From an uncultured Desulfospira sp. (GTDB taxonomy: Bacteria; Desulfobacterota; Desulfobacteria; Desulfobacterales; Desulfobacteraceae): 64,000 nucleotides of DNA. The notes under the pieces are model-generated. The model ran no database searches and was not told the origin of the DNA. It worked only from the letters and a program-made list of their open reading frames with translations. The DNA lies in the NCBI GenBank assembly GCA_963663165.1, contig OY760175.1:96001-160000 (forward strand), read 5' to 3'. The translations under genes were made by a program, and so were the position numbers. This document shows, piece by piece, positions 18,292 to 27,607 of this stretch (within the stretch, counting starts at the first letter, position 1; every line of letters starts with the position of its first letter).

Positions 18292-19752
18292 TCACAAGGG
18301 AACCACGATAAAATAGGTTAATCCGTCCCGCTTGATCAGCAGGAGGATCCGGCCCGCTGTTGCCGCTTCATTAACCGCCTGATCGAATTGTTCCGGCGTA
18401 TTCACTGTTTTCCGATCCGCCTGCAGGACAATGTCACCGACACCCAGTCCCTGGTCCTCGGCCGCGCTTCCCTCCTGAACGCCCGTAATGACAACGCCTT
18501 CTCCTTCTTTACTGTCCAGTTGCGAGGCGATCTGGCCGGTGACGGCCTGAACCTGCAGTCCCATGGCGCTTTTTTCCGGTGTTTCAGCCTCTGGTTCCTG
18601 TTGTGCCGATGGCCTTTCTCCGACTGCGAGCTGAAGCCGCTTTTCCCTTTTATCCCGGATAATGGTCAATACGGCTTCGCTGCCGGGCGGCAGGATAGCG
18701 GTTAAATTTCTTAAGGACGTGCTGGTTTCAATCTTTTTGCCATTCATCTCAATGACGATGTCCCCGATGTGTAACCCGTTGTCCCCCGCCGGAGAATCCC
18801 CCATTATGCCGGAAACCAGTGCCCCGGAAGAGCGCTTGACCCCCAGTGCCAAAGCAAGCTCGGCGGTCAGATCCTGAACCGTTATCCCCAGATAGCCGCG
18901 GATAACCCGCCCGTTTTCCCTTAGCTGGTTTTCTATGGCGCGGGCCATGTTGATGGGAATGGCAAATCCGATGCCCATATACCCCCCGCTTTGACTGTAA
19001 ATGGCGGTGTTGATACCGATCACCTCTCCATCAAGGTTAATCAGGGGCCCGCCTGAATTCCCCGGGTTGATGGCCGCATCGGTCTGAATGAAATCTTCAT
19101 ACTCGGTAATATGTACATTGCTGCGGCCAATGGCGCTCACAATTCCCACGGTCAGGGTCTGGGTCAGGCCAAAGGGATTTCCGACGGCCATGACCCAGTC
19201 CCCGATACGGGATTTTGAGGAGTCCCCCATTTTTATAACCGGCAGGTCCGTGGCATCGATCTGTATCAGCGCCACTTCCGTCTCCGGGTCCGTGCCGATC
19301 AGCTGGGCCTGGTCAAATACCCTTCCATCGCTGAGTTCTACCCTGATGTTGTCCACTTCCCCGACAACATGGTTGTTGGTCAGGATGTACCCGTCCTCAC
19401 TGATGATGAACCCGGAACCCTGGCCCACCTGTTTTTCTTTCCGGGGATTTTGCATCTGCGGGAACCGGTCGCCGAAAAATTTTTTTAAGAACTCTTCCAT
19501 GAACAATTCACCGGGATCTGTTGCCCCTTCAGCGCCTTCTCCCGGGGCGACCATCTTTTCCACTTTAATGGAAACAACCGCCGGCATCACTTTTTTGGCC
19601 ACGGCGGCAAAGGTATCGGACAGTGCTTTGGCCTGCTGTATGCTGGCCGGCTCAACCGCGCAAACCCCCGGGTACGGTATCAGCGCCAGCATAATATAAA
19701 CCGGTCCAAGGATCCGAAGAACAGTTCTTTTCAAAGTTTTTTGGCTATTCAC
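18292..19752 (-). CDS. DegP/DegQ (HtrA) periplasmic serine protease with two PDZ domains
   Basis: GSGFII, TNNHVV, IQTDAAINPGNSGGPL, two PDZ domains, signal peptide. Confidence 0.95.
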   Translation of the reverse strand: MNSQKTLKRTVLRILGPVYIMLALIPYPGVCAVEPASIQQAKALSDTFAAVAKKVMPAVVSIKVEKMVAPGEGAEGATDPGELFMEEFLKKFFGDRFPQMQNPRKEKQVGQGSGFIISEDGYILTNNHVVGEVDNIRVELSDGRVFDQAQLIGTDPETEVALIQIDATDLPVIKMGDSSKSRIGDWVMAVGNPFGLTQTLTVGIVSAIGRSNVHITEYEDFIQTDAAINPGNSGGPLINLDGEVIGINTAIYSQSGGYMGIGFAIPINMARAIENQLRENGRVIRGYLGITVQDLTAELALALGVKRSSGALVSGIMGDSPAGDNGLHIGDIVIEMNGKKIETSTSLRNLTAILPPGSEAVLTIIRDKREKRLQLAVGERPSAQQEPEAETPEKSAMGLQVQAVTGQIASQLDSKEGEGVVITGVQEGSAAEDQGLGVGDIVLQADRKTVNTPEQFDQAVNEAATAGRILLLIKRDGLTYFIVVPL

Positions 19753-20349
19753 GTTATCTTCCTTATTTCATTAGGCCGTCGGAACGGGTCAATGGCCGGC
19801 CCGGGTCCGCCAAAGCAGGCTCTTGAGGATAATGAAGCAGACCAGGGCAGCTGTTTACGATGCATATACGCCCCCCGTTTTGGCTTTACAAGCTTTTTTT
19901 ATGTATGGCAGTTTTTTTGAAATTTCAATATGTTTCATCCGCGATACGGACGATGGGCCAAGGGATGGGACACCGCCTGAACACCTTTTCCGGCCGCGCT
20001 GCCGGATATGGTCTTTCCAAGGCTGCTGTTCCCTTTGACCCCATGACTGGACGCCCGGCTTTTTTTTCCTGCGGCCTTGAGAATTTTCCGGTACATTGAT
20101 TGGAAAAATAGCAGTTTCAAAGTGAATGATTTCATGTTATTTGTCAACTTACGCCCGTTTCCCGGGACACGGGACAGGATAATTAAATAACAAATGGACT
20201 GGGGCTCACCATATCTGCCCGATATGAATCATGGTCAATGAAATGTACCCCCTAAAAGTCGCCCGTTTTTTCCCTGACAATCGTCCTTCGGCAATGAAAA
20301 ACCGCCCGGTTGCAAAATTGGCAGACGGGCTTTATGAAATGGAGGAACA

Positions 20350-20814
20350 ATGAAGACAGTTAATAAGATCATGGTGGCCATTGATTTTAGCGAGTATTCC
20401 CTTCCGGTGTTGAAATACGCCGCCGCATTGGCAGCAGACGTGGATGCGGAACTGCTGCTGGTCAACGTCATCAACCAAAGGGATGTTGACATGGTGAAAA
20501 AAGTAGCGGATATAGCGCCGCAATTGTCGGTGAAAACCTACCTGGAAGAGTCCGTGACGGACAGGGAAGCTCAGTTTCAGGGACTCATCAAAGAGGCCGG
20601 GTGCCAGACCATGGCGGTGAAGACCAGCGTGCGGATCGGCGTTCCCTACAAGGCGCTTCTCCAGGCCATTGAGGAAAAGAAGCCCGATATCCTGGTCATG
20701 GCGGCCAAAGGCCGTTCCAATCTGGTGGACACGGTCATCGGCTCCTGCGCCCAGAAGATGTTCAGGCGATGCCCCATTCCATTGCTCAGCATCCGAACCG
20801 GTGATGCGGATTAG
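20350..20814 (+). CDS. Universal stress protein
   Basis: IMVAIDFSEYS...DILVMAAKGRS...IGSCAQKM...PIPLLSI. Confidence 0.9.
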   Translation: MKTVNKIMVAIDFSEYSLPVLKYAAALAADVDAELLLVNVINQRDVDMVKKVADIAPQLSVKTYLEESVTDREAQFQGLIKEAGCQTMAVKTSVRIGVPYKALLQAIEEKKPDILVMAAKGRSNLVDTVIGSCAQKMFRRCPIPLLSIRTGDAD

Positions 20815-21049
20815 GTTTTTTACTTCCCGAAACCATCCAAGGTACAGCCTGATCCCCCTGATGCGTGCGTCCCGGTTTTTTCTTGCGGCGGCCTTTCAGC
20901 CGGGTCTTGCCCCCCCCCCGGAACCCGGCTGACCTTTCCCGTTTAAGAATTTCCTGAAAAAAAACGGAATGGGGCTGTTGTTTTTGCCGGTTCCCCTTAA
21001 GATTAAAAACCAAAACAAAACCTTTAAAATAATCAAAGGAGGGGATTCA

Positions 21050-22360
21050 ATGTCCGAACCCACGGCATACCTGACCATCATCAACCGGTTTGTGGAACAT
21101 GACGCGGCCACTGCCGCAAGGTTTATGGAAAGTATGGATGAAGCGGATGCATCACAAATCCTTCAGGTGCTTCCCATCGAAACGGCTGTCCGGGTGATCC
21201 GCAATTTTCAGGTGGGGTTTGCCGCCGTGCTGCTGGAAGGGGCCGGAAGCGAGTTTGTCGGCCAGGTGCTTCCCCACATGACGCCCCAGATGCTCACCGC
21301 CATACTGATGCATGCGTCCGCACCCTTCAGAGAACAGATCAAGGCAACCCTTAATGAAACCGTTCAGGCGCAGATCAGTGAACTTCTGACCTATCCGGAA
21401 AGAAGCATTGGCCGGATTTTAAGCACTGACTTCATGTCATTTGACAAAGATATTCTGGTCCAGGATGCCATTGAAACCATCCGGTTCCTGTCCAAGAAAC
21501 GGGTGCCGGCCACCTACGCCTATGTGGTGGACGAGGAAAGTCACCTGCTCGGGGTGCTGAACATGCGCGATCTCTTGCTGGCCTCACCCGATCAGCCCCT
21601 TGAAGCCATCATGATCCGGGATGTTTTTTCCCTTCACGGGTTTATGGATGTCCAGGAAGCGGCGGCAGACCTTTCCAAACGAAAGTATTTTGCCGCCCCC
21701 GTGGTGGATTCGGAAAATAAAATTCTGGGGGTTATCAAGGCCGAACGTCTGATCAAGGGCGTCCGGGAAGACACGGCCCAGGACATCCAGCGGATGTTCG
21801 GTGCCGGCAGGGATGAGAAACCTTTTTCAAGTATCTTCTTTTCCCTGAAAAAACGGCTTTTCTGGCTGCACATTAACCTGGTGACGGCCTTTATGGCCGC
21901 CGGGGTCGTGGCCCTGTTTGAGGGCGTGATTTCAAAATTGACAATCCTTGCGGTATTTCTTCCCGTGGTTGCCGGCCAGGGGGGGAATGCCGGGGCCCAG
22001 TCCCTGGCCGTTGTCATGCGGGGCATTGCCATGCGGGAGATCCCAGAGGAAAAAGCGGGCCGGCTCATTTTAAAGGAGGGCGGGCTTGGGGCCATCAACG
22101 GGGTGGTGATCGGGATCGTCACGGCGGCAGCGGCCTGGCTCTGGGTGGGGAACCCTTATCTGGGGCTCGTGATTGGCCTTGGCATGTTTTTCAACCTGAT
22201 CTTTGCCGGCCTGTCCGGCGCGTCCATCCCGCTGTTCATGAAGCGGGTGGGGATTGATCCGGCCCAGAGTTCCAGCATCATCCTGACCACGGTAACCGAT
22301 ATCCTGGGGTTTCTGGCATTTCTCGGGTTTGCCGTGATCTTCCAGTCTTACCTGGTGTGA
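21050..22360 (+). CDS. mgtE: Magnesium transporter MgtE
   Basis: N domain, CBS pair, KKRLFWL, GQGGNAGAQS, DPAQSS..LTTVTD; ATG at 21050 follows AAGGAGG. Confidence 0.93.
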   Translation: MSEPTAYLTIINRFVEHDAATAARFMESMDEADASQILQVLPIETAVRVIRNFQVGFAAVLLEGAGSEFVGQVLPHMTPQMLTAILMHASAPFREQIKATLNETVQAQISELLTYPERSIGRILSTDFMSFDKDILVQDAIETIRFLSKKRVPATYAYVVDEESHLLGVLNMRDLLLASPDQPLEAIMIRDVFSLHGFMDVQEAAADLSKRKYFAAPVVDSENKILGVIKAERLIKGVREDTAQDIQRMFGAGRDEKPFSSIFFSLKKRLFWLHINLVTAFMAAGVVALFEGVISKLTILAVFLPVVAGQGGNAGAQSLAVVMRGIAMREIPEEKAGRLILKEGGLGAINGVVIGIVTAAAAWLWVGNPYLGLVIGLGMFFNLIFAGLSGASIPLFMKRVGIDPAQSSSIILTTVTDILGFLAFLGFAVIFQSYLV

Positions 22361-22444
22361 TTTGCATCTGGACAAACAACAGGGCAGGTTTATAATAACA
22401 GACTCATCAGCCAGGCATGGCCTGGCTGACCATTTTAATCCGCT

Positions 22445-22756
22445 TAACGGCCACGGGCCGCTTTGGTTATCCAACCAAGAGCCGCCCACAACAAATATTG
22501 AAAGTCTTCTCAGGACGTTAGTGAGACTTTCATATAACCGTCACGGACGGCTTGGATTATCCAACCAAGCACCGCCCACAACGAAAAATGAAAGTCTTTT
22601 CGGCTTGTCAGTGAGACTTTCATATAACGGCCACGGGCCACAAGCCCACAACGAATAATGAAACTGAAGATACCAGCAACGGTAGACTATAAATTGGGCA
22701 CCGCAGGTGCTTCGCCCTCTTGTCTCTTGTTTCTTGTCTCCAGTTTCTTATAAAAA
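22445..22756 (+). repeat. Modular structured repeat, copy A (two 90-bp units plus a 132-bp terminal module)
   Basis: Units start at 22445, 22535 and 22625; near-identical to 49789-50010; several hairpins. Confidence 0.9.
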
Positions 22757-22772
22757 CTTTAGGTAGTCTTTC

Positions 22773-24446
22773 ATGTCTGGATTTGATTACTGGAAACTGC
22801 TCGCCGGCCTGGGGATTTTCATGTTCGGCATGCAGCTTCTGGAAACTTCCGTAAAAGAGCTGAGCGGTAAAGCGTTTCGCAAAATTATCCGGCATTATAC
22901 CAATACCCGGCTCAAGGCCATTGCCGCAGGGACGGCGGTCACCGCCCTGCTCCAGAGCAGTTCGGCGGTCTCTTTGATGGTCCTGGCCTTTGTGGGGGCC
23001 GGCATCATGAGCATGGAGAATGCCATTGGCGTTATTCTCGGTTCCAACATCGGGACCACCCTGACCGCCTGGATCGTGGCGACCCTGGGGTTCAAGGTCA
23101 GGATTGAGGCCTTTGCCCTGCCATTTGTCGGGATTGCCGCATTCGGACTGATCCTTGCAAAGCCCGGAACGCGGCCGGCCCATTTAACAAGGCTGTTGAT
23201 CGGGTTTGGTTTTCTTTTCCTTGGCCTGGATTATATGAAGACCAGTGTGGAGTTTTTTGCAAAGGAATTTGACCCCCAGCATCTGCACAACCTGGCCCTG
23301 TGGACATATCTGATCATCGGAACCGTCATGACGGCCCTGATGCAGGCCAGCGCCGCCACCATCGCCATCACCCTGGCCGCACTGCACAGCGGCCTGATGA
23401 CCTTTGAGATGGGGGCCGCCATGGTCATCGGGGCCAACATCGGCACCACCATCACCATCCTTCTCGGGGCCGCCGGTGGAACGCCGTCCAAAAAAAGGGT
23501 GGCGGCCAGCCATCTGGTCTTTAACCTTGTCTCCGGGATTGTTGCCTTTGCCGGCCTGCCCCTGATGGTCGCGGCGGTTAAATTGTTTGTGGATGTCTCT
23601 GCCAACGGGCCGGTGGGCCTGGCCCTGTTTCATACCCTGTTCAATGTCATCGGCGTGTTGATGTTTGTTCCTTTTATAAACACCCTCACCCGGCTGCTGG
23701 CCAAATTTCTGCCCGAACACCGGAAAACCATCAGCGTCTATCTGGTCAATACCCCGGCGGAGGAAGCCGAGGCAGCCGGTATTGCCATCAAAAACGAGGT
23801 GATCCACATGCTCCAGGAATGCCAGTTGTATGCCTTAAGGTCCCTGGCGCTGGATGAAAAACTGATATTTGACGAAAAGCTGCCCTTTGAGAAAAACGAA
23901 CGAAAGCAGCTGACAAAAGAAGCGCTTTTTGCCCAGATCGGACACCTTCATTCGGCCGTGGTGGCCTATTATTCAAGGATTCAGACCCAGACCACGGATG
24001 AACACAGAACAAGGGCGCTTGCCAGAGTCATTCTGGCCTCCAGGAATATCATGAATGCGGCCAAAAATTTTGAAGGCATACGGCCGATTCTGGATGAATT
24101 CGAAGCCTCCGAGTCCGCTTTTTTAAACCGCCAGTACGGCCGTTTCAGAAAGCGCCTGCTCCACTTTCTGACCGCCACGGGCGGCATATCGGAACGGCGG
24201 GACCCGGAATCGGTCTACCAGACCATCATTAAGGCATTCAAAGAACTTGAATCCGACGATAACCTCTTTATCCAGGAAACCGTGAAGGCATCTGCCGAAG
24301 ATCCGGCAGGGGATCTGGACCTGTCGGCGCTTCTATTATCCAACCGGCTGTTTACCCAGGCCGGAAGAATGCTCATTTTCAGCATGAAAGACCTGTTTTT
24401 GACACCGGAGCAGGCCCAGGCCTTTGATAAAGAGACCAACAATTAA
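22773..24446 (+). CDS. Na+/Pi cotransporter family protein
   Basis: GLGIFMFGM, TALLQSSSA, GSNIGTT, LMQASAAT, GANIGTT; soluble helical C-terminus. Confidence 0.9.
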   Translation: MSGFDYWKLLAGLGIFMFGMQLLETSVKELSGKAFRKIIRHYTNTRLKAIAAGTAVTALLQSSSAVSLMVLAFVGAGIMSMENAIGVILGSNIGTTLTAWIVATLGFKVRIEAFALPFVGIAAFGLILAKPGTRPAHLTRLLIGFGFLFLGLDYMKTSVEFFAKEFDPQHLHNLALWTYLIIGTVMTALMQASAATIAITLAALHSGLMTFEMGAAMVIGANIGTTITILLGAAGGTPSKKRVAASHLVFNLVSGIVAFAGLPLMVAAVKLFVDVSANGPVGLALFHTLFNVIGVLMFVPFINTLTRLLAKFLPEHRKTISVYLVNTPAEEAEAAGIAIKNEVIHMLQECQLYALRSLALDEKLIFDEKLPFEKNERKQLTKEALFAQIGHLHSAVVAYYSRIQTQTTDEHRTRALARVILASRNIMNAAKNFEGIRPILDEFEASESAFLNRQYGRFRKRLLHFLTATGGISERRDPESVYQTIIKAFKELESDDNLFIQETVKASAEDPAGDLDLSALLLSNRLFTQAGRMLIFSMKDLFLTPEQAQAFDKETNN

Positions 24447-24467
24447 CCCAAAAGAGGGAAATCCGCT

Positions 24468-25898
24468 ATGACATATCATCTGCCGTCCTGGCAAACGGTT
24501 CTGGATATTCTGGTCATTTCCGCCGGCCTTTTTTTTCTGTACCGGACGATTATCCGGCTGGGCACCTGGAAAATTGTTTCCGGTATTCTGGTGGCGGCCC
24601 TATTTTTCGTAATCGCCAGCCTGCTGGACCTGAAAGGGGTGGAGTGGGTTTACCGGAATGTCAGCCATGTGGCGGTGTTAAGCCTGATTGTTTTGTTCCA
24701 GCCGGAGCTGCGCAAGGTTTTTGAAAGGGCCGCCTCCATTCGGAAAGATAAAAACAACCCCAAGGACCCCGGTTTTTTCAAGCTGGTGGCTGAAAGTCTG
24801 ACCCGCATGGCCGCATCCGGCACAGGGGCCATTATCGTGTTTCCGGGCACCGAGAATATTGCCCAGTGGGTGAGCGGTGGATTCCGCCTGGAGGCCCGGC
24901 CCAGCCTGCCCCTGATTCTGAGCATATTCGATTCGAGTTCTCCTGGCCATGACGGGGCACTGATTGTTAAAAACGAACGGTTTGATGCCCTGGGGGTCCG
25001 CCTTCCCGTTTCTCAGAGTGAGCGCCTGCCAAGCGATTACGGCACCCGCCATCAGGCGGCCATGGGGCTGAGTGAAAAAACAGACGCCCTGGTTGCCGTG
25101 GTTTCCGAGGAGCGGGGCCAGGTCTCCATATTTAAAAACGGCAAGATGACCCCCCTTAAAACAGAGGCTCAGATTGTGGACGCCATCCTTGACCATTACA
25201 GGGCTGAAGGTATTTTTAAACAGCTCTTTTCCGCAAATGCATCCCCTCGCACCCTGGGGCTGGAGATCGCCGGATCCATTGCGGTGGCCGTGGTCCTGTG
25301 GGTGACGATCATTGCCGGCCAGGGGGAGATGATTGAAAAGGTTGTTGCTGTTCCGGTAGAGTATACAGCCACGGCTGAAGATGTGGTCATGACCGGGGAA
25401 AAGGCCAATGAGGCCCGGCTGCACCTAAGCGGTTCCAAATCGGATCTGGACGCCGTCTCTCCGGCTGCCCTGGGGGTCAAGATTGACCTGTCGAAAATGG
25501 CCGCGGGCAAACAGACCGTGTTTATCAGCGAAGAAAATATCCGGCTGCCTCGGGGGATCCGGCTGCTTGACGCCGAACCGGCCGGCATCGAGGTCAATAT
25601 CGCCAAACTTACCCGGACAACCCTGCCGGTCAAACCCCAGCTGGTGGGCAGTCTCCCCGACGGCCTGCGGCTGGTCTCTTCCAAGGTTGACCCTGAAGCC
25701 CTCCGGGTGTTTGTTCCCTCGGGAGATGCCGGTAAATCCTATAAAAGCATTACCACTACCCCGGTTTATCTGGACAATATCAGGGAGAACGCCATGTTTT
25801 ACTGCAAGGTCGTTGCCCCCCAGGCCGTTCAGCCCGTGGACAAACGGTGGCCGGATGTTGAGATTCATGTGACTGTGGCGCTGAAAAGCGCCAAGTAA
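24468..25898 (+). CDS. Diadenylate cyclase (CdaA/DisA_N) fused to YbbR (CdaR-like) domains
   Basis: 3 N-terminal TM, FQPELR, HDGA, GTRHQAA.GLSE.TDA..VVSEERG.VS, a further TM, then YbbR-like beta-rich repeats. Confidence 0.88.
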   Translation: MTYHLPSWQTVLDILVISAGLFFLYRTIIRLGTWKIVSGILVAALFFVIASLLDLKGVEWVYRNVSHVAVLSLIVLFQPELRKVFERAASIRKDKNNPKDPGFFKLVAESLTRMAASGTGAIIVFPGTENIAQWVSGGFRLEARPSLPLILSIFDSSSPGHDGALIVKNERFDALGVRLPVSQSERLPSDYGTRHQAAMGLSEKTDALVAVVSEERGQVSIFKNGKMTPLKTEAQIVDAILDHYRAEGIFKQLFSANASPRTLGLEIAGSIAVAVVLWVTIIAGQGEMIEKVVAVPVEYTATAEDVVMTGEKANEARLHLSGSKSDLDAVSPAALGVKIDLSKMAAGKQTVFISEENIRLPRGIRLLDAEPAGIEVNIAKLTRTTLPVKPQLVGSLPDGLRLVSSKVDPEALRVFVPSGDAGKSYKSITTTPVYLDNIRENAMFYCKVVAPQAVQPVDKRWPDVEIHVTVALKSAK

Positions 25899-25924
25899 TC
25901 TTAAAAAAATAAAACGGACTATCC

Positions 25925-26962
25925 ATGCACTCATCTTTTACCTTGCTGTATACCTGGGCGGGAATTCTTTTCTGCCTTTGCCATTCAGCCATGTTTTCCG
26001 GCATGAACCTGGCGGTATTCAGTATCAGCCGCCTGCGGCTTGAAATTGAAGCCGCCGAAGGAAATAAACATGCAGAAAAACTGTTGCTGCTGCGGGAAGA
26101 TTCCAATTTCGCCCTGACCACCATTTTATGGGGCAATGTCGGCATTAATGTTCTGCTGGCGCTGTTGTCCAACTCGGTTTTGACCGGTATCAGCGCATTT
26201 TTGTTTTCTACTGTCCTGATTACATTTATCGGGGAGATTATTCCCCAGGCCTATTTTTCACGCAATGCCCTGAAAATGGTCTCTTTGCTGGCCCCGGTCC
26301 TTAAATTTTACCAGGTCCTGCTTTATCCGGCCGCCAAACCCTCAGCCCTGCTGCTGGACTGGTGGCTGGGAAAAGAAAGCATTCAATATTTCAGGGAACA
26401 CAGCATCCGGGAGATGATCAAAAAACATATTGATGCCGATGATGCGGAAATAGCACGGATCGAGGGCCTGGGCGCATTGAATTTTCTGGCCATTGACGAT
26501 CTGAGCATGGCCCAGGAAGGGGTGGACCTTGACCCGGCCAGTATTATTCAACTGCCGTCTGCCAACGGGCAGCTGATATTCCCGGCTTATACCCAGAGTC
26601 CCGAAGACCCTTTTTTGCGAACCATTGAGAAATCCGGAAAAAAATGGGTGATTTTCACGGATGAAACCAATGATCCGAAAATGGTCATGGATGCCGACTG
26701 TTTTATCCGGCACGCACTGTTTAAATCCCCCCGGCCCGACCCTTCCTGGTATTGCCACACCCCCATTATTGTTAAAGACACGGCAACCAAGCTTGGCAAC
26801 GTCCTTAACCGGTTTAAGAACAAGCCGGGAAAAGGGGAGGATGACATCATCGAACAGGACATTATCCTGACATGGGGGACGTCAAAACGAATCATTACCG
26901 GTGCGGATATTTTCGGCCGCCTGATGAGAGGTATTTCAACCCGGGATTTTTCAATGTCATAG
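25925..26962 (+). CDS. DUF21/CNNM-domain membrane protein
   Basis: SAMFSG..LA, LTTILWGNVGINVL, ITFIGEIIPQAYF. Confidence 0.85.
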   Translation: MHSSFTLLYTWAGILFCLCHSAMFSGMNLAVFSISRLRLEIEAAEGNKHAEKLLLLREDSNFALTTILWGNVGINVLLALLSNSVLTGISAFLFSTVLITFIGEIIPQAYFSRNALKMVSLLAPVLKFYQVLLYPAAKPSALLLDWWLGKESIQYFREHSIREMIKKHIDADDAEIARIEGLGALNFLAIDDLSMAQEGVDLDPASIIQLPSANGQLIFPAYTQSPEDPFLRTIEKSGKKWVIFTDETNDPKMVMDADCFIRHALFKSPRPDPSWYCHTPIIVKDTATKLGNVLNRFKNKPGKGEDDIIEQDIILTWGTSKRIITGADIFGRLMRGISTRDFSMS

Positions 26963-26985
26963 CCCGGATATGTCATGGGCCGGTG

Positions 26986-27555
26986 TCAGTTTGATTTACC
27001 CGTTCTCAGGGCAAACAGGTCTTTACCGACTCTATGGATTGTATACGTATGCCTGTCATCACTGCCCAGGGCGTATCCGTCCTTCATGAACCCCTTGAAC
27101 CCGGTGTAGGTTTTGCTTAATCGAATCTCTTCATAGGCCTCGCGGGTAGAAATTTCTTTGTCCCGGAGGAGTTTTTCCCCTATGGGCAGGGTTAAAAGCT
27201 GTTTTCGGTACAGGTCATATTCGGAAAATCCCATGTCCGAGAGCACCACTTTGGCCGAAGCAAAGCCCTTGGCGGATAAATCAATCAGCAAATCCACGAC
27301 TTGAGGATACCCTGAAGCGGCTTTGAATCCGCTTTTGTTTCTGGCATAGAAAACGAAGAGTGTCAGAATGACAGCCCGGATTAAATTTTTCGTTTTTTCA
27401 TCTTCAGGGTCCTGGGAGAATTCCAGTCCCAGGTCAATCAGTATGCCAAGTGCGTCGGGACCCAGCTTATAAATCTCATGGGCTTTTTGCTCGGCGTCTT
27501 CCTTGTCCTGCCTGACCTGCATGGATGTGAGTCTTTTTTTGATTTCTTTTTTCAT
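26986..27555 (-). CDS. Hypothetical protein
   Basis: 189-aa ORF from the ATG following GGAGG; no motif recognised. Confidence 0.7.
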   Translation of the reverse strand: MKKEIKKRLTSMQVRQDKEDAEQKAHEIYKLGPDALGILIDLGLEFSQDPEDEKTKNLIRAVILTLFVFYARNKSGFKAASGYPQVVDLLIDLSAKGFASAKVVLSDMGFSEYDLYRKQLLTLPIGEKLLRDKEISTREAYEEIRLSKTYTGFKGFMKDGYALGSDDRHTYTIHRVGKDLFALRTGKSN

Positions 27556-27607
27556 GCCTCCTAACACCGTTCTTGTTTTATCTGATTATCCAAAGGAAGC
27601 CTGGCGC

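Noticed and set aside
20290..20340. Fluoride riboswitch upstream of the USP gene (GGCAATGAAAACCGCC)
   Set aside because: The downstream CTGATGAC/pseudoknot half of the motif is absent.
22442..22530. Integron attC sites
   Set aside because: GCTTAAC is present once, but there is no matching GTTRRRY-bounded full-length palindrome, no cassette array and no integrase.
22362..22658. ORFs with 30-aa repeats (NGHGPLWLSNQEPP...) here and at 49592-49912, as repeat peptides or RiPP precursors
   Set aside because: No RBS is evident, and differences between units are mostly non-synonymous while preserving base pairing, which fits nucleic-acid structure rather than coding.
22445..22756. CRISPR array (units contain ATTGAAAG/AATGAAAC-like ends)
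   Set aside because: The would-be spacers are ~22 nt, resemble each other and form a hairpin stem; the unit is 90 bp; no cas genes are in the window.
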